This document shows positions 1 to 11,874 of a stretch of 64,000 nucleotides of DNA, one piece after another. Under the pieces are notes generated by a model, which worked only from the letters and a program-made list of their open reading frames with translations, was not told where the DNA came from and did no database searches. Each line of letters starts with the position of its first letter. The stretch's first letter is position 1. The stretch comes from Massalongia carnosa (taxonomy: Eukaryota), in NCBI GenBank assembly GCA_965645245.1, contig OZ287077.1, positions 1,426,001 through 1,490,000 on the forward strand, written 5' to 3'. The position numbers were made by a program, and so were the translations under genes.

Positions 1-96
1 CAGGTAGCTATGATGCTGAACCACCGTTGCCGGTCCAAGCTGTAAAACGCCATCCATTACAACCCATAACCAATTCTTGTCGCAGAACCACTCATT

Positions 97-134
97 GAAA
101 GAAAGAAAGAAAGAAAGAAAGAAAGAAAAAAAAA
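97..134. repeat. (GAAA)n microsatellite running into an A tract
   Basis: About 8 tandem GAAA units followed by a poly-A run. Confidence 0.9.
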
Positions 135-214
135 TACTTCGAGGTACGTCCTCAGCCGTACAGCGTAGGCACTAGTGAGATTTAAGAATGAATCAAGCTG
201 ATCAAATAAGCTGA

Positions 215-793
215 TCAAACAAGCTCAAAGTCGTCTTCATCGGCATTATAGCCATCGTGGGACTCGTCCGTCTCCTTCCTGACAATCTCATATTCTTCTT
301 TGACTAGCTTCTCCGTCGCTTTGATCTCGTATTTCTCTACAGCCTTAGCAAGTGCCACGCTCAGGATGTGTCCGCCTTCCGAAGGGCCATGTAGAGCATC
401 GAAGGAGTACGAGATGCCAGCGTCAGGCTCGGGTGCAGCGGAGCCTTCTTGAACGTCTTCTTCGGCAGAGGAATCGGAGTTGGACGTGTCGACGTCGAAG
501 CGTGAATTATGCTTACGAGTGATTTTTGCTATCACAGCGGCAGGATCTGCTTCAAAATCAAGGCCTGCCTTGGGAGCTTTGGTTATGCTAGACAAGGTTA
601 ATCTAGAAAAGCTCCATGGCTATGTTTCATAAACTTACTGTTGATTGACCAGCTTAGCAGGGCGCCTGCTGGATCGGCCAGGAATGATGGCGGCTTCCCC
701 ATGGGCCCATTTGTACTTGTGGTCTCTTTCGCGTTTGTGGTCTTGGACCAGCTTCTGATCCTTGGCTATATCGTGGATGAGAACGGTAGACAT
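215..793 (-). CDS. Conserved fungal hypothetical protein, 2 exons (intron approx. 588-638)
   Basis: ATG at 793 (MSTVLIHDIAKD...), GTAAGT donor and CTAG acceptor join to ORF 215..595 ending SYSFDALHGPSEGGHILSVALAKAVEKYE...DDDFELV. Confidence 0.65.
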
Positions 794-2601
794 AATGAGC
801 TTGTGGTGTGGTGTTGGCGGTTTTAGGTGGTGGGAGACGACGGCGAGTCGAGGAATAGAAAAACAAAGGAAAGATCGGGTGAAGCGCTGCCTGGAAAGCA
901 ATGAAGGTAGGGAAGGGATGTGTGCGGTGCAATGAATAAGGCACGTGGTACGGCGGAATATGGTTGTGTTTAAGTAATGGTGGTTGTTGATGCTTCTTTG
1001 TCAGTTGTGACCTAGTGAGTCACGCAACAATGGAAGCAATGAGACAAGGATGGAAACAACGATGAGTAAGAGCTGATGACTCGTACATCGAATCAAAGGT
1101 CAATCCAACTAAGTCCAAGATAAGGGGTGCTCAGGTTTAAGGCAGATGAGCACTCCCTTCGTTCGAATCTAGGTGACACAGCCACCTACCCTTTGCTCCT
1201 TGCCGGGTATGACTCGTATCTCTCCCAAATCTCTCTCTCTTGAAAGCGGGGAGGGGAAAAGCCGCGCGATAAGCAGGGAAGCCACATGTACCGCTCATCT
1301 TGTTTGTTGCACATGGCCAATCTCTACGGCTTATCCGAAATGCGATACAGAGTATACAGAGTATACAGAGTACCTAATGTGTGATATTGGTACTGGTTGG
1401 GATCCATCTATGACCTCAGCCAATGAATGTACGTCATGCTTGGAGCTCATGCTTAGAGCTCGGGCTTGGAGCTCGTCTGGCCCGATGAACCAACTCCAGC
1501 GGTTAAATTACCTACAGTGCTCAGAGTACCCGTGTACAGAGTACAGAATACTCGTAGATATTTAGGTGTCTCAAGGAGTCAAAAACACACACGTAGTAGT
1601 TAGTAGTTACCTACTCCGTACATACGTCACCGAAACCGAAACGCCAAAAACATAATTTTTACCTTCCTTTCTAGATTTGCGAACTGAGAAAATCCGGAGC
1701 GATTGGTTAAACTACTGTTTTCGGAGATTGTATAAGCCCAGTTTCTTTGCAGGCTGCTTAATACAGTATGTTGGCAAGCCTGGTCCGGCTCTCAAGCTTG
1801 CGATCCGACTGACTCGGTCGTTTCAGCCTCTTCGCTGGGCAGTTCGTTGGGGAACCATCCAAATGCCACAAGGTTCACGGTCAACTCCCCTAAAGAGCCC
1901 GTCTCGACAGTGACCCCTTCTCTGCGTAATGCAGCCGCCTGCCTTGTAGCAGCACCAGGGCCTCTGAAATTTCTAGTAGTTAGGCATGCAAACAGACATG
2001 TGTGATGAACGAGAGTACAAACCTAGGCGAAATAACGCCTTTTGCGTTCACCACTCTTTGCCATGGAACATTGTTACTATGAAAGAAATGATCGGTCTCT
2101 GCTGAGAACGTTGGTAGATTCTTCAAACAGACTCCAACCTGCCTGAAGAATAATCAGCCAAGCCAGCCTTCGCCTTTAGGTTGAAGTATTTAGATGTTGA
2201 CCGAGGACATTGCGCTGGGAGAAAGGGAGTGATCAGTCATTCCAGAGTATCCAAATCGAAGACAGGGCTAGCAGATCACGTCAATGGTGCTCACGTTTCC
2301 CCAAAAGGCGAGCTATATGACCATAAGATGTTACAGATCCCTGGGGGATCTCCTGTACGGCTTCGTAGACAGCGTTGAACCACCACTCTGCCTCATCAGA
2401 TCTTGTCATGCTGGCTGGGACGAGGAGCTGAAAAGATGTAAAATAGAATCAATAAGTATCACAGTACAGAGTAGTTGAACAGCAAAAGTGTGACTGCGTA
2501 AGGAAGGAATTCTCGGGTGTCGGCTCCTTCCTTCCGCCTGACTAACTAATGCACTCATAGCGCACGAACTTTTCAGTTATTGGCGACAAATCAGACTTTC
2601 A

Positions 2602-4207
2602 TTGAAATCGCAGAATGAAATGAGAATGGCTAAAACTGCTTCTAGTTATTCAGGTTCTCGTAAGGTACGACGTCACAAGCCCCTCTCCGATGATATTTCA
2701 TCTACCGGACCTTTGCGCACAAAATCAAACAAGAGAAAGGCAAAGCCGGAAGACGAAGAAGATAAGTATGTGGATTCACGATCATCGCGTAAGATTTTGA
2801 AGATAGGGCAAGACTTGGTGGATGAAGAGCAAGAAGAGAATGTGGCATTAGGACCAAATCCTGCCTTTTCTTTTGAATCGCGGCTTGGGGCAGAGACCCA
2901 GGGGGACGAGGATGCAGAAATAGTTGATGAAGAGTGGGGAGATGAGGATGATGAAGACATCAACACAGCAGTAGGTCTTAAGTTCGAGTCGTCTCATTTT
3001 CGTTCTTTGGTCACTAATTTGGTGTCGCGATAGGATATCGATCCAAATGACCTAGATCTATTCCACAAGTTTATCCCGAGTAACCAAGATCCTATCATCC
3101 ACTCCGGGAACGATCAAGTCGGCGAGGAAGAAGATCAGGGTACAAATCTAGCAGATCTCATACTGAAGAAGATATCTGCGCATGAAGCTTCTCAAGCACA
3201 AGAACCGGTCGTTCATGGTGGTGGTCCTCCTGATGATGCTATTGAGCTGCCAACAAAAGTCATAGAAGTCTACTCGAAGTAGGTTGATCTAGTTGGGAAA
3301 GAGTCCACGCTTAGAAATGGCATTGCTAAGGGAACGAAACAGAATAGGTCTGCTATTGTCTCGTTACAAAACTGGCAAGCTCCCCAAACCTTTTAAGATC
3401 ATACCCACCCTACCGCAATGGGAAGACCTTCTGTCAATTACTAGACCAGAGTCATGGTCAGCAAATGCATGTTGCGAGGCGACCAAAATATTTGTTTCCT
3501 CGAAACCTCATATTACCCAACGATTTTTGGAATGGGTAATTCTAGACCGGGTTAGGGAGGATATACATGAGACGAAGAAGTTGAATGTTCATTTATATAA
3601 AGCACTGAAGAAAGCCTTATACAAGCCTGCAGCTTTTTTCAAAGGGTTTCTATTTCCTCTTGTCAGTGGTGGTTCTTGCACGCTCCGAGAGGCACACATA
3701 ATTTCAAGCGTGCTTGTGAGAGTCTCGATTCCAGTTCTACATTCAGCGGCCGCTCTCCTACGGTTGACCGAGATTGCAGCGGAACAGACTTCAGTCTCCA
3801 CGGAGAGTGCTGGAGCAACGAATGTGTTTATCAGAGTTCTCCTCGAGAAGAAATATGCCTTACCATATAAAGTCATCGATAGTTTGGTATTTCACTTCCT
3901 TCGTTTCCGTGTCCTGGCAACAATGAGTGATTCAACAGCGATGAATGGAAATGCAAATCTAGGCTTGAGAGACTTGAAACTTCCAGTTCTTTGGCATCAG
4001 TGCCTCTTAGCTTTCGCGCAGCGCTACCGAAACGACATCACGGAAGATCAGCGCGAGGCCCTGCTAGACCTATTGTTAGCACAAGGGCACAAATATATCG
4101 GACCAGAGGTTCGAAGGGAGTTACTTGAGGGTAGAGGAAGAGGTGTGGTGCTGGAAGAAGGAAATGGTGATGGTGGGGATGACACCATGTTAATTGATCT
4201 TATCTGA
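2602..4207 (+). CDS. ENP1: Bystin / essential nuclear protein 1 (40S biogenesis), 3 exons
   Basis: Bystin motifs SRKILKIGQDL, RYKTGKLPKPFKIIP, LYKPAAFFKG, LPVLWHQCLLAFAQRY. Introns approx. 2971-3033 and 3279-3341. Start ATG probably 2617 or 2626. Confidence 0.93.
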
Positions 4208-5376
4208 CTGCGAACGAAATATCAATACAATGCAGATCACCCATGAAGTGATGACATGATTCACCTATTTCTGGCCTGGCAGCACAGATCACGATTGAGC
4301 ACCGGTCATTCTTTTAGTAATGAAGCTCTAGTTGGATATAGCTGGCATGTCCGGAAAGGATAAGGCAAGGCACTATCATCCATTGAGTCCTCGGACATTG
4401 GCTGGGGGCAGATGCCACTCGAGGAGAACGTACAGCACCGCTCATCGGCCAGCATCTGACCTTCAATAGTGCCAGGGTTAACTTGAGTTTATATTTCAAC
4501 CTCTACTTGTCTGCTACTATAAATACCGCTTGGTGCAGGATATGGAAGCCCACTGCATCGAGAGGGTTATTTAAGCTTAAGACGAGGGCTCTAAATTAGA
4601 AGTTGCGTTGAAGGGAAATGTTCCAAGTGTGGGGGTCTGACCGGCAAGTAGCGGAGAAGGAACACACCTGCGTGCATCAGGGGATGGCCTCACTTCTGGA
4701 AAGTTAAGATGGCCCAGCCTGGATCGCGCGATGATAGCAGTGCTAAGAGCGTTAAGGCATGCCCGAGCATCGCGAGGCATTCAACAATGCGGAAGCCTAC
4801 GTGAAACTCTTCCACATTCCTTTTCCGGCATTATTGCGTTGCTGCGCAACTCCTAAAAATTTTCAGATGTACTTTATGCTCGGGCACTTTGGACAAGCAC
4901 TGGTTCAGTCACGAAGAGGGATCAGTAAAGTGGATGCGCAGCGAGTACTCCTTTACTCGGTACCTTTTCCGTGGAAAATCATCATAGTACGATATGAGAT
5001 GGTAACTTAGGACTACGAGTATTGCATGATAGCATTTCGAGTCCAAATGTTCTCGTTTCAAGGCGTCTTAAATCACCGGAATGTTTGACCTACACCTTGT
5101 AGAAAGTACGGAGAATAGAATCCTCCTAGCTACGTTGTATCATCAGCCCATCATCGCAATACCAACCGCATTCTCGTTAGCAAGGCTGAACTGTCAGCTC
5201 ATGGAGCAGCCCATTTTCAACAGGATCCGTTGGGAAACTCGTGGATAGTACAGTCAGAGTACTGTTGATTAGTATTTCTACCTACAGAGTAGGTAACGAC
5301 ATACCTATCAACAATCCTCTCCAACGAGCCCCGGAATAGGTATTGTTGCTGTACCACTAGAGGATGAGTGCATACA

Positions 5377-5404
5377 AACGTCCAACGTCCAACGTCCAAC
5401 GTCC
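5377..5404. repeat. (AACGTCC)x4 tandem repeat upstream of hacA
   Basis: Four perfect 7-mer units read directly. Confidence 0.9.
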
Positions 5405-6412
5405 ATCCGAAGCGGGCTGTTCCTACCTAAGTTAATGCTCTCGGGTGTAGTCTGTAATTTAGGTGAAACGGGAGTAGACGGTTGAATTAGCGATTACGCC
5501 GCTTCAAAGGCTGGAAATGAGTGAAACTAATGGGCGACGATGAGAGTCGCAACTGTCCGTGAGTCGCACTATCCCACCGCTACTGGAACCCCGAGAAAAT
5601 CCTAAGCAACTACTCCGTACTCTGTACTTAGCTGAAATCTCACGAGGCAATGGAGCTTTGAGCATAAAAAATGCATCCGAATGAGTCCGGGAGTTGGCAG
5701 ACCTCTGGTGCAGCCGTTATAGTGATGGAAATTGTGCAACCCTCTGATGGGGGTTTCCGCCCCAGCAACAGGCACGGAATCACTAGTTGCGAGCGATGAG
5801 GGGAAAGGGGGCATTTTAATGTGTAACCCGCAGAAACTTTAGAAACGTAAGGGTGAGGTTTCGGCCCGGACTTGGCTTAGTCAAAGTCGGGTGTCGTAAT
5901 CACTATTTTCTTCCCCCCTTATTTGGGAACATTACTTAGGCGAGCTGAATCAGAAGCGCGGCGTACTTAAGAACCCCTTGATCTCCATTCTTCTTCCCCG
6001 TCTTCCAAGCATCATTCTATTCTAGCTGATCCATTTAAATACACAACCGGTCACCCCACTGGAAAAATGTCGGAGAATGCTTTAATCAACATCGATATGT
6101 TGGTAGTAATTCCGCATTTGGGGTAGTTCTAATTACAGCCTACGCTAGCCTACTACGGCTTCGGCCCCTTTGCCACACTCTGCAGAGTGAAATGTGTCCT
6201 TTACTCCTTCCAAGTTGAATTTCATACTGTCATACCAGGCTGCACATTTGTTCAAGTCGTTCGAATTATCTCATCTACCAAGTGTTCATCGATTGATCAT
6301 TATACCATTGTACCTCTCATCCATTGAAGAGTGGAAGTACAGCGTCAGAAGATCTCAGCGGCCAACGACTCAAACTACCTAGCTACCCTCGGATCCACTC
6401 CTTTAGATCGGT

Positions 6413-7651
6413 ATGGACGAAGACTTTTCAACAGCGGTGTTCGACGAAGATGACTATTATCCTCCTCAGGCTACCGTCTCGCTAGCTGAGACGAACCTCT
6501 TGACGCCAGACTCACCGGAATCCTTTTATAGCGTGAAGGATGAGGAAGACGATAAGAAGCCCACTAAGAAAAGAAAGTCCTGGGGTCAAGAATTACCTAC
6601 ACCTAAGACAAACCTCCCTCCTCGGTAAGCAACTCTCATCCTATCAATGCCAATATGTTCACTCATCACTCACTAGGAAACGAGCAAAGACGGAGGACGA
6701 GAAAGAACAGCGTCGTATTGAGCGAGTGCTTCGAAACCGACAAGCTGCTCAATCATCTCGGGAACGCAAGCGACAAGAAGTTGAGAAGCTTGAAGGCGAA
6801 AAGTTTGCAATCGAGCAACAAAACCAACTGCTCAAAGAACGCTTACTGGCCGTTGAGCATGAGAAATTCAAGCTAGCTCAACAAGTGGCCAAGATGGCAG
6901 CGGAGATGTCCGTCTTCAAGTCGCAGAATGGATCGAGAGGATCCATCGCTCACACCGTGACGGCATCATGCGCCCGGTCCCCCTCGGTGGACCTTCTTCA
7001 CCAACAGGCAATCAAACAAGAACTAGATGACTATCCTTTTGCTCTCCCGACGCCCCAGCCCTCGGTTGATACATCCACGTCATCGTTTTCAACTCCGTCA
7101 TCGTCGACTTACTCACGTTCGCCGTCACCTTCCCGTCTAGGGCTGGATCTTGATGCTCTTGCTACCTCCTTGGATTTGACACAACATCCTGCTGCGATGT
7201 TGTGTGGCCTGCAGTGTCAGTCCGAGGAAGTATCTCTAGCATCAACTCTACCTATGAGTCTCGACAAGGCTCGACGGATCCAACAAGTGATCTCATTCCA
7301 CCTTTGTCTGACGCTGATTTCAGCTATTTATTTACATCTGCTACATCCCCTAAGCCAGATCTTCATTTCTTTACGGACGGGCTCGCCTCTTCCGAGCAAG
7401 ATTACGCCCAAGACGACGCCGATGCTTTTTCTTTTGATCAGATGGTTGATCTTGACGCCTGCCAACCTCACTCCGACAATTTTTGCGAGACCCACGCCAT
7501 CCACTATAATGAATGTGACAACGAAAACGATCAAGCTCTCCACGAATCATCTGACATCTTTGCGTCCCTCTGCGGTGCGTCCGCCGATATTCCGTCTCAG
7601 ACTACTGCGACGTCTTTTGCTCTGCAGCCCTGCCTTGGCGCGTCCTCTTAA
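6413..7651 (+). CDS. hacA: UPR bZIP transcription factor HacA/Hac1, induced form (388 aa); the unspliced form reads to 7934 (489 aa)
   Basis: KKRKSWGQELPTPKTNLPPRKRAKTEDEKEQRRIERVLRNRQAAQSSRERKR bZIP signature. Spliceosomal intron 6625-6676. Removing the 20-nt non-canonical intron 7192-7211 shifts into ORF 7202..7651 (HPAVSV...FSFDQMVDLD...QPCLGASS). Confidence 0.95.
7192..7211 (+). other. Unconventional 20-nt IRE1-cleaved intron of hacA mRNA
   Basis: ACAACATCCTG|CTGCGATGTTGTGTGGCCTG|CAGTGTCAG. Both borders match CNG|CNG; ACAACATC pairs with GATGTTGT; 20 nt is the length known in filamentous ascomycetes. Confidence 0.93.
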
Positions 7652-8394
7652 GGGTGCGACTGACAGGGCGATGCGACCCAAGACTAGCCGTGCGCTGAAC
7701 GGACTTTCGAACGGTGCATCAAAGGGAAGTGGCTGCTCTGCCGTCGGCGATAGTGGATGGATTAGTCCTTCGGAAATTGGGCCTTTCGACGGTGTGGCTT
7801 TGACGAGGGTTATCGATTTGATTGAGCAAGAGAACTGGAGATTCGGGCATTTAGCGAGGCTGGAGAGACAACTGTGTACTACTAGGATGAAACGAAGGGA
7901 AGGCAAAACTGATGGCGTTCAAGGCGTTGATTGATTTTCTATGTCTCTCCCTCGCCCTCGGAGGTTTGATATAAAGAATTGTGAGCTATCTCGATTTTCC
8001 AGGGTTCACTTGCTTCTAGATAGCAAAAGCTTTGACTTGATGGCTAAATCCTGCTCTTGCTGTGACACGTTAGCAAGCCTGCCGCCCTGGAGCAGGATCT
8101 GCTGTTATGTTACTCTTTCAATATCCAATGGCTTGCCTCGAACAATCGTATTTACCAGGTCATATTTTCGCTCACGTTTCGGAAGTCCCTCGCTTTCATT
8201 ATGTAGAATCGCTTATAATAAGAAGCTGCATCGACCTTTCCTATTTATTGAAATGTTTGCTAATCGGATGATCCCTTTGCCCACGTGCGACTGTCAAAGC
8301 CCTGATAACTAGATATATCACGTGGCTAATTAATAGTCGCATCGAGAATTTTGTTTTAAAATTGCAACAGATTACTCGGATACACCACTCTACA

Positions 8395-10638
8395 ATGACT
8401 GCTTCTACCCCTTCACAAAGATATCTAAGCACGAGAGGAGGCTCTTATAACGTAAGCTATGCTCTACGTACAACTACACTGTAACTGATGAAGGTGAATA
8501 GTGCTCATTTGAAGAAGTTGTCCTTAAGGGACTTGCTTCAGATGGTTCGCGGACCTGGCCTCAATGGACATGAATTAGTGGCTCATGATTTCTGAAAGGG
8601 GGCCTTTATATTCCTGAGAAGATTCCCCGGATCCCTGAAGAATGGGCAGGTGTGTGGCCGGATTGGTGAGTTACAGCCTCAGGACCATGCCGTATACCGG
8701 GCATCTCCTGTAGCAGCGTATGAAGCTAGAGGCATCTAAATATTGCTACAGGTCGTTCACAGAGTTAGCATACCGCATCTTTTCTCTCTATATCAGTCCT
8801 AGCGAAATCCCCTCAAAAGACCTCGAAACCATTACTCGGGCTTCATACTCTACTTTCCGCACACCAGAGATTACACCACTAATAACGCTAGATGACGAAA
8901 AGCAATTATATCTACTTGAGCTCTTTCATGGTAAGATTACGGTTTCCTAGCCATCCCGCATGGCGTGTGTTATGGAGACGAGGGGCTAACTTCCTTCTAG
9001 GTCCCACCTTCGCCTTTAAAGATGTATATTGTCCCTTAAAGAAACCATACTTTGCCACTCGATTGCCCTGTCTGAGCAGAGGCTAATTTTAAGTGAAGGT
9101 GGCGCTACAATTTCTTGGAAATCTCTTCGAGTCAGTAGCTACAGAGTCATGGGGCCAGAAATAAAAGGCCCAGCGCCCCATTTGCGAAGCCGTAGGCTAA
9201 TTTGAGGACAGGTACTTTCTTGCTAGGCGAAACAAAGGAAAATTTGGGGCTGAGAGAGAGCATCTTACGGTGGTCGGAGCTACAAGTGGTGACACAGGCT
9301 CAGCAGCGATTTATGGGTTGAGGGGGAAAAAAGACGTATAGCCCCTTTTGTGAAGCCCGACCCTATTTTTCTGACTGGACTTTCTCATCCTCTTAATATG
9401 CTCAACACTAATGTTGGATGAAGGTATCACTCTTCATCATGTATCCGCATGGTAGGGTAAGCCCGATTCAAGAAGCACAGATGACTTCGGTCTTGGATGA
9501 GAACGTGCACAATCTAGCGGTGGACGGAACATTCGACGATTGCCAAGATTTCGTTAAGGCTCTATTTGGGGACGCAAATATCAATAAGACGCACAAGCTA
9601 GCAGCGGTAAACTCTATTAACTGGGCACGCATTCTAGCACAGATCACTTATTTCTTCTACTCCTACGCTTTCCTTATTAAATCTAGCAGACTGGGCCCCA
9701 CTAGCAAGGTCCGCTTCGTCGTACCTACTGGGAATTTTGGAGATATCCTTGCTGGGTAAGGACACTACGAGACATTTTCGCCTGCAACGCCTATTTGCCG
9801 CATTTTCTTTTAGACAAACTTACTGACTTCGTCTAGTTATTTTGCGTTGCAAATGGGATTGCATATTGATAAACTGGTTGTTGCGACAAACGAGAACGAC
9901 ATCCTTGACAGGTTCTGGAAGTCGGGCTACTATGAGAAGAAACCCGTCCACGGTCAAGAGGCCAATGGAGGCTTGGTTGATGACGGCGTCAAAGCGCACG
10001 AGCATGGTGTTCGTGAAACTTATAGTCCAGCGATGGATATTCTGGTTAGTAGCAACTTCGAGCGCTTACTGTGGTTTCTCGCACTTCAAGTGTATGGCGA
10101 GGGCACACTTGATCAACGCAGGAAGATGGCAGGTGATATGGTCAAAGGATGGCTAATTGAGCTCAAAAGTGACGGCGGTTTTGGAGTCGAACCGGAGTTG
10201 TTGAAGGCTGCAAAAGTTGATTTTGAGAGTGAAAGGGTGTCAGATCAGGAAACGCTGGCGACAATACGGAGTATTTATTCTTTGAAGACCACCATCGCCA
10301 AGGCAGGTGTTTCCACGGACAGCACAAGCACATCGTCCCATGGAGGTTATGTCCTAGATCCGCACTCTGCAATTGGCGTTGCCGCATCACAACGTTCTCT
10401 ACAGCGAGCGCCACCGCCAGAAACCTATCACATCTCGCTGGCTACGGCTCATCCAGCAAAGTTCTCTAGCGCCGTCAGACTAGCGCTGAAGGACGAGAAG
10501 GACTTCAACTTTGAAGACGTGCTACCGGATCAACTCAAAGGCTTGGAGAAGATGTCCCGGCGGGTTACGACAGTGAAGAAAGGCGATGGCTTGGAGGGTT
10601 TGCGATCATTGATCCGCTCTAGAGTTTCTTCCAAATGA
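8395..10638 (+). CDS. THR4: Threonine synthase (PLP), 9 exons
   Basis: YLSTRGG, LELFHGPTFAFKDVALQF (PLP Lys on the 23-nt exon 9001-9023), GATSGDTGSAA, AVNSINWARI, VPTGNFGDILAG, SPAMDILVSSNFER, LATAHPAKF. Eight GT-AG introns can be traced in frame. Confidence 0.95.
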
Positions 10639-11874
10639 TAAGATTTAAAAGGGGGAATAGGTTTTCTGGCATTCTGGCTTCCGGCGACTTGAATGCATTA
10701 GAAGGAGTTGGTAATAGATCTGATGTCGAATGCATTTTACGTATCTGGCTAGAAATCATTCGGCTTTCGGACGAGTTGACTCTCAAGCTATGGAGAATTA
10801 TCTCCAATCTAGAGATCTCAACCGGCTGCTCTGGCCAAAGTCATATCAGCAGCAACTGCGGGAGAGACGGGCATTCTCTTAGCTCTGCCCTCCCCCCCGG
10901 CAACGTGAGGCGCGCGCTCATCTTCCCCCAAATGCGTTTGCTGCTACTATGCTAAGCCGCTAGTTATGTGTGAGCCCCAGCCTCCGTTTCCACGCACGGA
11001 CTCCGGAAAGGGTTACATAGGTTGCGAATAGAAAAATCCTGAACCTTCATACCTACCTACCTACCCACGAAGACCACCCCAATAACCACCACCCCCCCAC
11101 CCCCACCCCCGGGGAGACTTCCTCTCCTGCCCTGTAAATCTTCGTTTTTTGTACGCGTCGGGCTCGTCTAGTCCCCCTTCCCGGGCACCAATATCTTCTC
11201 TAGACAAGCGTTATTAAAGAATAAAGAAAAAAAGAAGATAAAAAAAGGGGAGGATGGTAAAACAATATTGGTCGGTGGCGGTGGCGGTGGTGATCACGGA
11301 TAAACAAGGCGTTGGGGGTGGAGGAAGCGAGAACATAACTAAGATGTCAATACCCTCCCCCCCAGCCCACCCAGGAACGGGAAAAGGGGGCCTTTTGACT
11401 AGCGTTGGGGGAAGGAAGCGAGAGAATTAATACCTAGGTTGTTAGTAGGTAGATAGACACGTCAGGAATGAATGGATGGATGGATGGATGCTATAGTTTG
11501 TTCCATGAACCCTTCCTTTTGAATCTTGACGGAAAGAAAACAGTTATATATATACATACAAAGGTGTACGAACGACCTGCCTATTCCACCACTCCCCGTT
11601 ATCCATCTTCGTTCATAACTCCTTTCAGCCCCTTTTCACTATCCACTCTGCCCCCCTTAACCTGCCTCCCCCATACTTCGACCCCGCAGGATTTAAACAA
11701 AACCGTCTCGAGCACCCTATACATGTTCGCGTTTTGTAGATCAAAGAAGTGCGACACGACACGATCGCTATCCATGCATATATATCCATTCAACGTAATT
11801 AGCCAAACCTCGAGATTCCTCGCTACCTGTTACGACTTCCCACCCTTGGATCATGCAACCAACACCCCAATCTC

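Noticed and set aside
1124..1169. 10-bp hairpin GGGGTGCTCA/TGAGCACTCC followed by GTTCGAATC, considered as a tRNA
   Set aside because: No cloverleaf; the T-loop-like sequence lacks a closing stem.
1173..2478. Short ORFs upstream of ENP1 (likewise 4314-5814 and 17708-18453)
   Set aside because: No homology cues or consistent exon structure; treated as intergenic.
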